64,000 nucleotides of DNA, taken from positions 24,275,319 to 24,339,318 of the forward strand of contig OZ037768.1 of NCBI GenBank assembly GCA_964035545.1, in the 5' to 3' direction. The notes below the pieces were generated by a model. That model did not search any database, was not told where the DNA came from, and saw only the letters and a list, made by a program, of their open reading frames with translations. Of this stretch, positions 12,901-24,108 are shown piece by piece. Within the stretch, counting starts at the first letter, position 1; each line of letters opens with the position of its first letter. Both the position numbers and the translations under genes were made by a program. This DNA is from Bugula neritina (taxonomy: Eukaryota; Animalia; Bryozoa).

Positions 12901-15900
12901 AGTTACCTGCACCTGTGGACATCGATTCTGGTCAGTGTCTGCTTGTAATACATCTGCTAGTTATACGTATGCTAGTTATACGTCTGCTAGTTATACGTCT
13001 GCTAGTTATACGTCTGCTAGTTATACGTCTGCTAGTTATACGTCTGCTAGTAATACGTCTGCTAGTTATACGTCTGCTAGTTATACGTCTGCTAGTTATA
13101 CGTCTGCTAGTTATACGTCTGCTAGTTATACGTCTGCTAGTTATAAGTCTGCTAGTTATACGTCTGCTAGTTATACGTCTGCTAGTTATACGTCTGCTAG
13201 TTATAAGTCTGCTAGTTATACGTCTGCTAGTTATACGTCTGCTTGTAATACGTCTGCTAGTTATACGTCTGCTAGTTATACGTCTGCTAGTTATACGTCT
13301 GCTAGTTATAAGTCTGCTAGTTATACGTCTGCTAGTTATACGTCTGCTAGTTATACGTCTGCTAGTTATAAGTCTGCTAGTTATACGTCTGCTAGTTATA
13401 CGTCTGCTTGTAATACGTCTGCTAGTTATACGTCTGCTAGTTATACGTCTGCTAGTTATAAGTCTGCTAGTTATACGTCTGCTAGTTATACGTCTGCTAG
13501 TTATACGTCTGCTAGTTATACGTCTGCTGAATATACATCTGCTAGTTATACGTCTTTATTTACTATATAGTATATACTTACTATATAGTATATACTTACT
13601 ATATAGTATATACTTACATATTTGTAGCTTTAGCTGTGCCGAGTCTTGGCACGACCCTGTCAAGTGTTTCTGGTTGAAGAAGTGGGTTAAAAAATGTGAT
13701 GATGACAGCGAGACTTCTAATTGGATAGCTGCTAACACTAAGGTATTTGATTGGATAGCTGCTAGCAACAAGGTATTTGATTGGATAGCTGCTAACACTA
13801 AGGTATTTGATTGGACAGCTGCTAACACTAAGGTATTTGATTGGATAGTTACTAACAACAAGGTATTTGATTGGATAGCTACTAACAACAAGGTATTTGA
13901 TTGGTAGGAATGCCCCAAGTGTCAGGTGACCATAGAGAAAGATGGCGGATGTAATCACATGATCTGTAGAAATCAGAGCTGTAAAGCTGACTTCTGCTGG
14001 GTGTGTCTGGGTCCATGGGAACCACACGGTTCATCATGGTGCGTATATATAGTATATATTATACAGGTATATTATATATATCACGCAGGTATATTATATA
14101 TCACGCAGGTATATTATATATATATTACGCAGGTATAGTATATATTACACAGGTATATTATATATATTACACAGGTATATATTATATATCACGCAGGTAT
14201 ATTAAATATCACGCAGGTATAGTATATATCACGCAGGTATATTATATATCACGCAGGTATAGTATATATCACGCAGGTATATTATATATCACGCAGGTAT
14301 AGTATATATCACGCAGGTATATTATATATCACGCAGGTATAGTATATATCACGCAGGTATATTATATATCAGTAGTTTTAAAAAACTACCAAAATCCTTT
14401 TCAAATTCTAGAAAACTGTATATTATTAAATAAAAGACCTATAAATTACTCTAACAGCATAACTTTTCTAGGTGTACAAATAGATAAAAATTTAAATTGG
14501 AGCTTGCACATCTCAAACCTACTTACAAAATTACGACCACTTAGTGGATTAATATACCGATGTTCTGAATATCTCCCTCAAAAAATTTTACTTTTGATAT
14601 ATAATTCTTTCATCAATTCCAAGTTAAATTATTGTGCAGAGGCCTGGGGAAATGCAGCTAATACCCATCTAAACAAGATTTTTATTTTTCAAAAAAAGGT
14701 AATGCGTATCATGAACAAAAAACCGTTTGACCATCCATCAGCGCCTCTATTTACTAAGCATAAAGTTCTCTCAATATACCAGATTTACCGTTTTAAAGTG
14801 TTAAAGAAAGCTCATTCTTTTTTCTACTCTGACAATTTTTTTCCCACTCACTCTATCAATACACGTCAATCATTCATAAATCTCCCCCTTCCTCACTCTC
14901 AAACAGCAGCAGGTCACAGAAGAAACTGTTATCAGGAGGTGGCACTATGGAATGAACTGCCAATCCCTTTACGGTCAATTAGCAACCCTAATGAATTTGG
15001 GAGGAAGTTGAGGCTTTATCTGTTAGAATAGTTGTATTTTTTTTGTATTTTTCTGGATAGAGTCGCTGTCAGCTCGTGTTGGCCCGCGCATGACTAGCTA
15101 GGCTATAGCGCAATGGGCCTCATCATCGCCTCCTTGGCATTTTCTAATGTCCTTGTGTTATTAAATACCTTTGATGAAATAAACCAAACAAACAAACAAA
15201 CAAACAAACAAACATATCACGCAGGTATAGTATATATCACGCAGGTATAGTATATATCACGCAGGTATATTATATATCACGCAGGTATAGTATATATCAC
15301 GCAGGTATAGTATATATCACGCAGGTATAGTATATATCACGCAGGTATAGTATATATTACGCAGGTATATTATATATCACGCAGGTATAGTATATATCAC
15401 GCAGGTATATTATATATCACGCAGGTATATTATATATCACGCAGGTATATTATATATCACGCAGGTATATTATATATCACGCAGGTATAGTATATATCAC
15501 GCAGGTATAGTATATATTACGCAGGTATATTATATATCACGCAGGTATATTATATATCACGCAGGTATATTAAATATCACGCAGGTATATTATATATCAC
15601 GCAGGTATATTATATATCACGCAGGTATATTATATATCACGCAGGTATATTATATATCACGCAGGTATATTAAATATCACGCAGGTATATTATATATCAC
15701 GCAGGTATATTATATATCACGCAGGTATAACTGTAACCGGTTCGATGAAGACGCTGCCGTCAAAGCTCGGACAGCACAGGAAGTGTCGAGGGCCGCACTA
15801 CAGCGCTACCTCCACTACTGTAACCGATACATGAATCACATGCAGAGTCTCAAGTTTGAACACAAGGTTTGTCTCCCCTTCCTCTCCAACCCTCGGGTTT

Positions 15901-16887
15901 GTCTCTCCTTCCCTCTCCAGCCCTCTAGTTTTCTTACTCACCACAATGTGGACTGTCTGGTGGTTTTACTCGTTTCATTGAAGATTAAATATGCTCATAC
16001 ATGATTATATATAAACTTATGCTGTGATATCGTAGCTCTACGCCAAGATTAAGGCCAAGATGGAGGAGATGCAGAAACACAACATGTCATGGATAGAGGT
16101 GCAGTTCCTGAAGAAAGCTGTGGACGTCCTCTGCCAGTGTCGTCAGACGCTCATGTTCACTTACGTCTTCGCCTTCTATCTCAAGAAAAATAACCAATCC
16201 ATTATCTTTGAGGTAGTCTCTTCAAGTTGTGAGATGATAGCATTATTCCCGTATTACAAAGTTTAGTGTGCTGAGGTGTTTGTCCTGAACAGCTTGGTTT
16301 AGTTGGAGTTGTCATAACATGTTTTTCATAGATTAACTATTAGACTAGATGTTATCATTGCTGGTAGACTACACAGCAGACTTTCTTAGTATAGTAATTC
16401 TCTTGTATGTTTAGGATAATCAGAGAGACTTGGAGCAGGCTACAGAGCAACTTTCAGAGTACCTGGAGAGGGACATAACTTCCGATATTCTCATAGATAT
16501 CAAGCAGAAAGTACAGGATAAATTCAGGTATTTCGTCTAGATCGTGAATATTCTGCTATGAAGTCACTTCAAAGCTAAAAGAATGTTTAGAGAATTTATG
16601 ATGAGTCATTTACTGATAGTTTGGTGCAGTTTTAGGAGACATCAGTATGTTGTTTTGCTCCTCTTGTGTCTTAATTAAAAAAATTAATTTACTCTAATTT
16701 TCACATCTAACTGCTAATTTGGTTGATATACACAGCAATATACCACCTAATTGACTGGTATTTCCAGCAATATACTACTCAATTGACTGGTATTTCCAGG
16801 TACTGTGACACAAGAAGGTCAGTATTATTAGCACATGTTCACGAAGGATACGAAAAGGAATTGTGGGAATATCAAGGTAGCCTGTAA
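9944..16887 (+). CDS. ARIH1: E3 ubiquitin ligase ariadne-1 (RBR: RING1-IBR-RING2 + Ariadne domain), ~517 aa, 12 exons
   Basis: Exons 9944-10150, 11047-11191, 11459-11571, 11793-11941, 12212-12278, 12824-12930, 13628-13742, 13908-14038, 15725-15866, 16036-16212, 16415-16527, 16800-16887 (sum 1554 nt, in frame). Acidic N-terminus, [81 protein letters not shown]. Confidence 0.96.
12718..12823 (+). repeat. 19-bp acceptor-containing minisatellite (~5 copies)
   Basis: TTACACATGTTTRCTGTAG units; the last AG (12823) is the ARIH1 acceptor. Confidence 0.85.
12938..13555 (+). repeat. 15-bp minisatellite filling an ARIH1 intron (~41 copies)
   Basis: TCTGCTAGTTATACG units begin ~7 nt after donor 12931; followed by an 18-bp x3 array up to the acceptor region. 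Confidence 0.95.
13721..13907 (+). repeat. 30-bp exon/donor repeat making up an entire ARIH1 intron (6 copies + remnant)
   Basis: TTGGATAGCTGCTAACACTAAG|GTATTTGA; intron 13743-13907 ends TTGGTAG. Confidence 0.95.
14045..15729 (+). repeat. 20-bp acceptor-spanning minisatellite (~40 copies), interrupted by a LINE
   Basis: TATATATCACGCAG|GTATAK; last copy gives acceptor 15724 and exon start GTATAAC (WYNC). Confidence 0.95.
14372..15213 (+). mobile_element. 5'-truncated non-LTR retrotransposon (CR1/L2-group LINE), ORF2 C-terminus + 3' UTR + (AAAC)n tail
   Basis: [16 protein letters not shown]...[19 protein letters not shown]...LWNELP motifs typical of the post-RT region of CR1/L2-group ORF2; AATAAA then (AAAC)n tail; ATATCA duplicated at 14366-14371 and 15214-15219. 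Confidence 0.88.
16735..16799 (+). repeat. ~32-bp duplication of the last ARIH1 acceptor
   Basis: AATTGACTGGTATTTCCAG occurs twice; the second copy is the acceptor (16799). Confidence 0.8.
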
Positions 16888-17315
16888 ACCCCAGTAGACT
16901 CTGGACAGTGGTTGTCGACATTCTCATTAGCTATAGCCTAATTTCCATCTCCAAGCTTTGCTGTTGAGGGACTGTGACGGAGGTGATAGGAGACGTTCCC
17001 GTTAGGACTCTTCTGTTGACGAGATACTCTTGTCTGCTGCTAAATATTGACAAGTCTCTCACTTGTAGCCACTGAGGCTTAGTTAGTTCTATTAAACTGA
17101 CTGTATTTATTCTATGCTATGTCTCTTCATTATTAAGACAATATTTTATGCCTATTAATAAATTTTAATGTATTTTGTATGCATCTGACAGTAGAAGTTT
17201 GTTCGTTTGTTTCCACGTAAAATTTCTTACAACATGTTGAGATGTAAATAAATGTTGAAACCTGATAAATATATATTGGCTTTTTCTGTTTTTTTCAGTG
17301 TATTCTATCTTGAAT

Positions 17316-17585
17316 TACAACATACTCGCTACACTACAACATGTACTCACTACACTACAACATACTCACTACACTGCAACATACTCACTACACTACAACA
17401 TACTTGCTACACTACAACATGTACTCACTACACTACAACATGTACTCACTACACTACAACATACTCACTACACTGCAACATGTACTCACTACACTACAAC
17501 ATACTCACTACACTACAACATGTACTCACTACACTGCAACATGTACTCACTACACTACAAAATGTACGCACTACACTACAACATA
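17316..17585. repeat. 19/21-bp minisatellite between ARIH1 and FReD copy 1
   Basis: CATGTACTCACTACACTACAA units. Confidence 0.9.
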
Positions 17586-18066
17586 TACTAAATATATAAT
17601 TGTAATTCTATTCAGGAGAATTAAACCTCTGTAACAAGTCGGGTGCTTAATTTGAGGTTCTAAAGTCGTACGTGACCTCCTAACCTTAAATTCTGCACTC
17701 CAGTCATTAATAAATAACTATATGTAGCTATTGGTAACAATATATACTCAATATGTATTGTTATCAGTATAATAAACTCAATATCAATTCTTGTATGAAC
17801 CGCAATGGCTCATCTGGTGATGAGCATTCTCACTGCTTTCAAAGAGTAGTAAAAACCTCTCCAAGTTTGCCAAGAAATCCCATCTCTGTTTGGAACTGGA
17901 ACGTTTTTGGGATACCAGATTCCATTGAGATGTGAGAGGTGACATTTACGGTACCACCAGCCACCTAAAACAATGACATTGATCCCTGAGTCCCTGGTTA
18001 CTGTGATGTGACTTATCAACCTGTAGGTAGATAATCTTAGCCCAGATCTGCAGTTACACTAGCTAG

Positions 18067-18288
18067 CAGGGTTGGGGTCAAATACTTATGAATGTAATTA
18101 ATTGCAATTACAATTACATGATAATTTGTCTATTACAATTACAATTATAATTACAGTTGAAATAAATGTAATTAATTACAATTACAATTATATTTTTATA
18201 CATCAATTACAAATTACATTCAATTACTTGAAAAAATGTAATTAATTACAACCAATTACAATTACAAATTACAACTACCCCAACCCTG
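18067..18288. mobile_element. hAT-type MITE
   Basis: TIRs CAGGGTTGGGGT / ACCCCAACCCTG; perfect 8-bp TSD CTAGCTAG; internal AATTAC subterminal repeats. Confidence 0.9.
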
Positions 18289-18540
18289 CTAGCTAGTTAG
18301 TGCTACCTCTTTCCCAACACGAATATTGTCCAGGTCCAGTCCGAGCCGATTCTAGTTTTGGCTGACAGCAAATGTATTTAAAGTAAGGTTGAGTTATTCA
18401 TAAGCCCCATTTATTTAAACTGATTTAATAACTTTTTATTAGGCTGAGGAGAAAAAGCTTTGGTGACCGTTTTCTTGGTGTTCAGGAGCCCAGCCAATGG
18501 CCAATGGAAGCTTGGCTTTTAACTCAATGCTACCATTAGT

Positions 18541-18919
<379 letters not shown>

Positions 18920-20224
18920 GGCGCTCACACATCCTACCCTTATACATTTGTGCACAGTGCGTATGGTGGTTGTCATTGTCTGCGTCAAAAGTGCTAAACT
19001 TCTGCCCATTATGTTCTCCCATAAATGAATCTCCGGAGTCGTCCCCACTGTAGCCAGATACCTGGAGTAAGCAGAACTGTGATATTACCTGTGCTATCGT
19101 TAAACACACTACCTTGATAAGTCATTATTTTCAAAGAAAATGTGTTTTCTAGTTTTTGAGGGAAGTGGAAATCATAACTGTCCATAAAACAGCAACTACA
19201 TAGATGCATGTAAATTGTACATGCCTTTACAACTATAATTGAAATAAAATACTATAATTTACAGCTTTGTTTTTATAGATCTAAATAATTTTTCTAGTCC
19301 ACTAAAACACTATTTGGTTTGAAACTGCTTCAAATAATATAGTTCTAAAAAGACTTATGGGATATATTATATATGCTAACTGTACCAAGAGCAAATTATT
19401 TATTTATTACATTATACTTATATTCAAATATTGTTAAGCTTTAGCACTTGTTGGAATCTATATTCAACCTGCTTTGAGATGTAACTGAATGTAAATAATT
19501 GATTGATCATATTATTACTATATAGAATGAGAAAAGAGTACCCACCGAGAGAAGATAATTACTGTAACTGTCTCCTATGTAGAACGTAGAGTAGTTGGCC
19601 TTCTTAACTTTTCCTTCAAAGTCTTCCAAGTAAATACTCAGTTTCTGGTTGTTTCTAGTCAAGTAGTAGATGTGATCCAGTCCTAAACAGGAAGTAGAAG
19701 TTTGAGTATTTAGTTTCTCATTAAAAATGAGTAACTTTTCAGTGTTTAAATCCAGTTTACTTGTTGCTATAATTGTGACATCATTAGAACGAGAGCAGTT
19801 ACAACACACAATATCAACCAATGAACAGCTACAACACACAGTATTAACCAATGAAACACACCTAGCCAGAATTCACCATAGAGGTCACCAAACCCATCAA
19901 CATAATCCTGCCAGCCTCTGTAGAAGTCCACTGAACCATCCATCCTTCTCTGTATTACAGTCCACCCATGTTCATCATCAAACTCACACCACACTGGAAA
20001 CTTAGCCAAGGAGAATGGATCTTGTAGGAGATATACTCCGGGACATCTCTCTCCAGACTCAAACACCTCCTCACAATCTGAGGTTAAGAACTGAGTTTAT
20101 AAAACTACAATATGTTTCATTGGACAGTATTCATTAGTAACTTTATGTATAATTATACTCACCCTTGTAATATGTCTTTGGGTCTTTCCTTTTATTCTAC
20201 AAACAAATATATATCATAACACTA

Positions 20225-20448
20225 CCATACTCTTATTTATTACTCATATTATATTACTATATTCTTATTTATTACTCATATTATATTACTATAATCTTAT
20301 TTATTACTCATATTACATTACTATATTCTTATTTATTACTCATATTATATTACTATATTATTATTTACTACTCATATTATATAATTACTATATTCTTATT
20401 TATTACTCATATTGTATTACTATATTCTTATTTATTACTCATACTATA
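20225..20448. repeat. ~32-bp AT-rich minisatellite filling a FReD intron (also in copies 2-4)
   Basis: TATTCTTATTTATTACTCATATTATATTACTA units; equivalents near 26310-26530, 32380-32600, 36610-36770. Confidence 0.85.
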
Positions 20449-21438
20449 ATACCTGAATTAACTGCCAGCTTTGATCTCTAGCTGTACTGGTGTTAAAAAC
20501 TTCTTTCTAGAGAACAAGTGGAGAGGATGTTGCATTGCTGTGAAATCTTGTTATATAAGGCAGCTCTACACTTTTCATCTTTCTCACACAACTGGCAGCA
20601 AATAGTAATCTCTGGTACCCCTGCGGCAGCATCATATATGATGGACATTTGTAATATTATTATAATTATTATACAATTATGATATAAAATATAGTAATAT
20701 AAGATAAAGGAAATATATGATATATAAAACTAGATAATATACTAACCTGTATGATTCTTATAGAACTCTGTCTCTGGTATTGAATGTATCTCTACATCAG
20801 ATATGATACTGTATACTGATGTACTGTGCCCAGATGTAACTAACAAAGTTATACACATGCAACTACTGCCTTCCCTACCATGTATAATATGTTCCTCATT
20901 ATGTAATGTCTTATGTCTTCCAATGCTGGAAAAGAAACATGCTCTGGTTTGATTTAGCTGTGGATATGGTTTGGAAAATTATAACTCTTTATAAGCTAGC
21001 ATATTAAATAATTATTATTGATTTAAATTTTCTAACATTTTAAATATCGATCTAAAATAAACCTTTGGGAATTCTGTTGGGACATATTTACATAACTAAT
21101 TGCATTATGCACTGCTTTAATATTCTTTTATACATAACCTTATTATTACTTATATATCATAATATACCCTAAACAATATGACATACAAGAATATATTGAG
21201 GGTGACAGACAATTTAGTAAACTGCTGGCAATATGCCAGTTTCAACAAAGGTATCTGTTCATTATTCTTTTGTTTATTGTAAAAGCAGGCGCCAACAGAA
21301 AATTTTGATTGGAGGAATTATATAACTAGATAATAAATTATGTCATGTGTGGTTGTGTTTGAATGTTTGTAGCCAGCAGACATGTAGAGTATATAATATT
21401 CTAGACAGCTAAACTTGGACCATATCTAGTAAGGTTGA

Positions 21439-22111
21439 CCCCTCATTCACACTTACCGTATCGTACGCCGTAACAGCAAAAATAAAATGGCGACGCTGTT
21501 GCATTTTGTCAACGGGTGTTCACACATTGCCGTAAAAATACAACGCATGACGTTGAGTTGTGACCAATCATAATGAGGTTAATTTTTGTCTGCGGTGATT
21601 TGGATATTATTTACAAATTATTCGCAAAATTCTTATCAAAAGATGTTATATAAATGCTATTTACTAAATAAAAGCAATTACATAGAAAGAATCTTTTTTA
21701 AAAATATATTCGTTTTTAAAATAATTGTGCAAACTAATTTAAATAATGAATATTTAAGCCGTCCAAATCATTTTTAAGTTTTTGGTTTGCTTGATTTTAT
21801 GATTAGGGAAAGCTAGATTTTTAAGCTGAGTTTAATTCAAACAAGCCGGATAAAGATTTTTTAATCTTTTAAAACTTTTGAATTGATTAAATTAAATCAA
21901 AAATAAGCGATTAAAATAAACTAGCGAAAATGTTCTTTAAATTTTAGTACCAGATCAACTCTACCCAATAGGAGCCCGCCGTTATTTTTTTAATCAAGCA
22001 CTGCTTGATCAACGCCGCAACGTATACCGGAGTACGATTTAGCCCGGATGTTAACAAAAATCGCTAAAATTTGCTGTTACGGCGTACGGTACGGTAAGTG
22101 TGAATAGGGGG
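21439..22111. mobile_element. Non-autonomous DNA transposon (MITE), probably PIF/Harbinger-like
   Basis: ~40-bp TIRs CCCCTCATTCACACTTACCGTATCGTACGCCGTAACAGCAAA / TTTGCTGTTACGGCGTACGGTACGGTAAGTGTGAATAGGGGG; flanks TGA/TTA; empty site GTAAGGTTTAAACTACAG at ~33581-33598 in the paralogous spacer. Superfamily assignment is inferred. Confidence 0.85.
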
Positions 22112-23654
22112 TTAAACTACAGACAGTTGAATGTAGATTATAGACAGTAAAAGTTAGTTGCTTTAGCTCGCACAAAATATACGTTTGTAAGTCTGGCTTT
22201 AAAATCATAATTTTCAATAGACAATAATTTACATCTAGTTAAAGCACTTGCCTTCATCAGTTTTTGCAAAATGATTTTTTTAAATAGCTTATAATTGATA
22301 ACTGTTACAAAGAACAAGGGACAAGGTTATTACGACAGGAGTTGTCCTTCCATCGCAAGGCTATCAAGTGGTTGAAATACTGAAACTGTTTATTATTAAG
22401 TATCGAGAATAAAATGTATATAGTTTCAATTCCATTAATTAAAAGATTGGAGTAGAAAAAAGAAGTTAAATTTAATAGCAGAAGAAGAAAATTGGGCTGT
22501 CTACCGTTATCTGTTTGTATTCAAAACCTTCATTTTCAACAACAAGCTAATTTTTACAGAAACTAACTTTAAACATTGTTAGCTGCTGACAGCATTTTTT
22601 TGCAAATGAAGCAGCAGCTGATAAGACCATATTTATGCAGTCCTTTCTTTTCTTCTCGGGCTCCTTTTGTTGAAACAATTTTATGTTTTTTACTTTTTAT
22701 TCTCGCAATTAAGTCATGAACTCAAGTCATTTATCATAGCTACTCCTCTTTCTATAGTTCACACAGTGAGAGCTTTAATTATTCTTTACTTTTCTACTCC
22801 AACTCAGTGTTGACTGGTTGTTTGTATATAATATTTTATATCATTTGTCAATATTTGTACACATTTGATTAATATTCATTTATTTTTATATCAAGCTTTC
22901 TTAGCCCACAGTATTTGGCTTGATGCAATACTGGTATAGTTTTTCAGGACTATTTATCTATGCAAGTGACACTGGGTGTGTTTTATGTTCCTCAAGCACT
23001 TGACGAGCACTTGTTGACTGTTTTACTGTTTCTACATAATGTTGAGTTACATATGTTGGTTAATAAACTCAATGAACTGTATCTACCCACTGTATGTTGT
23101 TTTGTATTACATAACTAAAGAGTTCTATTTATAGCAGGAGACAACTTATATAAATAGTGTAACTCTATGATTAGAAAATAACTACAAGAATAGCATACAC
23201 CCAGGTGTTTGCTAGATGATAGATATTATTGTATAATACTTTATGTTGTCACCATAACTTCCTACTTCTTCATATTCAACATTATAATCTACCAGCAGCA
23301 ATGGTTTGGGTGGTTTTTCTTACAACAAAGTTATTTTAGACAAACCAACTTTTGCTGTTAGTTTGTTTCAAATATTGAATTTCAGAGTCAAATCCTTAGG
23401 TCATCTCCAAAATATAAAATAAAATAAAATCTCTATAATGCAATAAAATAAATACTTAAATTTAGTTGAAAGATAACATAACAAAGTCAAAAGAAGAAAA
23501 CAGACAAGGTGGAATTATAGAAACACCCTCGAGATAGAAATTTTCCTACTATAAGTTTTATAGTAAAAAAGTCTTGGCATAATGAAATCTTTATTATAAA
23601 CTAAAATATATGCTTTCAATACCAGCTGCCTGTTTCTGTACAGTTGCATGTTGG

Positions 23655-24092
23655 TACAGTTATGTGATGGTACAGTTATGTGATGGTACAGTTATGTGAT
23701 GATACAGTTGTGTGATGATACAGTTATGTGATGGTACAGTTGTGTGATGGTACAGTTATGTGATGGTACAGTTATGTGATGGTACAGTTGTGTGATGGTA
23801 CAGTTATGTGATGGTACAGTTATGTGATGATACAGTTGTGATGGTACAGTTATGTGATGGTACAGTTGTGTGATGATACAGTTATGTGATGGTACAGTTG
23901 TGTGATGGTACAGTTATGTGATGGTACAGTTATGTGATGGTACAGTTGTGTGATGGTACAGTTATGTGATGGTACAGTTATGTGATGATACAGTTGTGAT
24001 GGTACAGTTATGTGATGGTACAGTTGTATGATGGTACAGTTATGTGTTGGTACAGTTATGTGATGGTACAGTTATGTGATGGTACAGTTATA
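23655..24092. repeat. 16-bp minisatellite just downstream of the FReD copy 2 stop (copy at 29727-30164)
   Basis: TGATGGTACAGTTRTG, ~27 copies; only ~3 copies at the paralogous site 35118-35162. Confidence 0.92.
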
Positions 24093-24108
24093 TGAACCAA
24101 ACAACATC

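Noticed and set aside
12792-13907. Long repetitive ORFs (VIRLL/SASYT; also 43190-44135, 47725-48893, 49708-51424 frames)
   Set aside because: By-products of stop-free minisatellites inside introns; the host proteins are complete without them.
14504-15031. 175-aa ORF as a nested host gene
   Set aside because: It is the C-terminal part of LINE ORF2, with tail and TSD.
21586-21777. ORF within the MITE as a transposase
   Set aside because: Short, AT-rich, no catalytic motifs.
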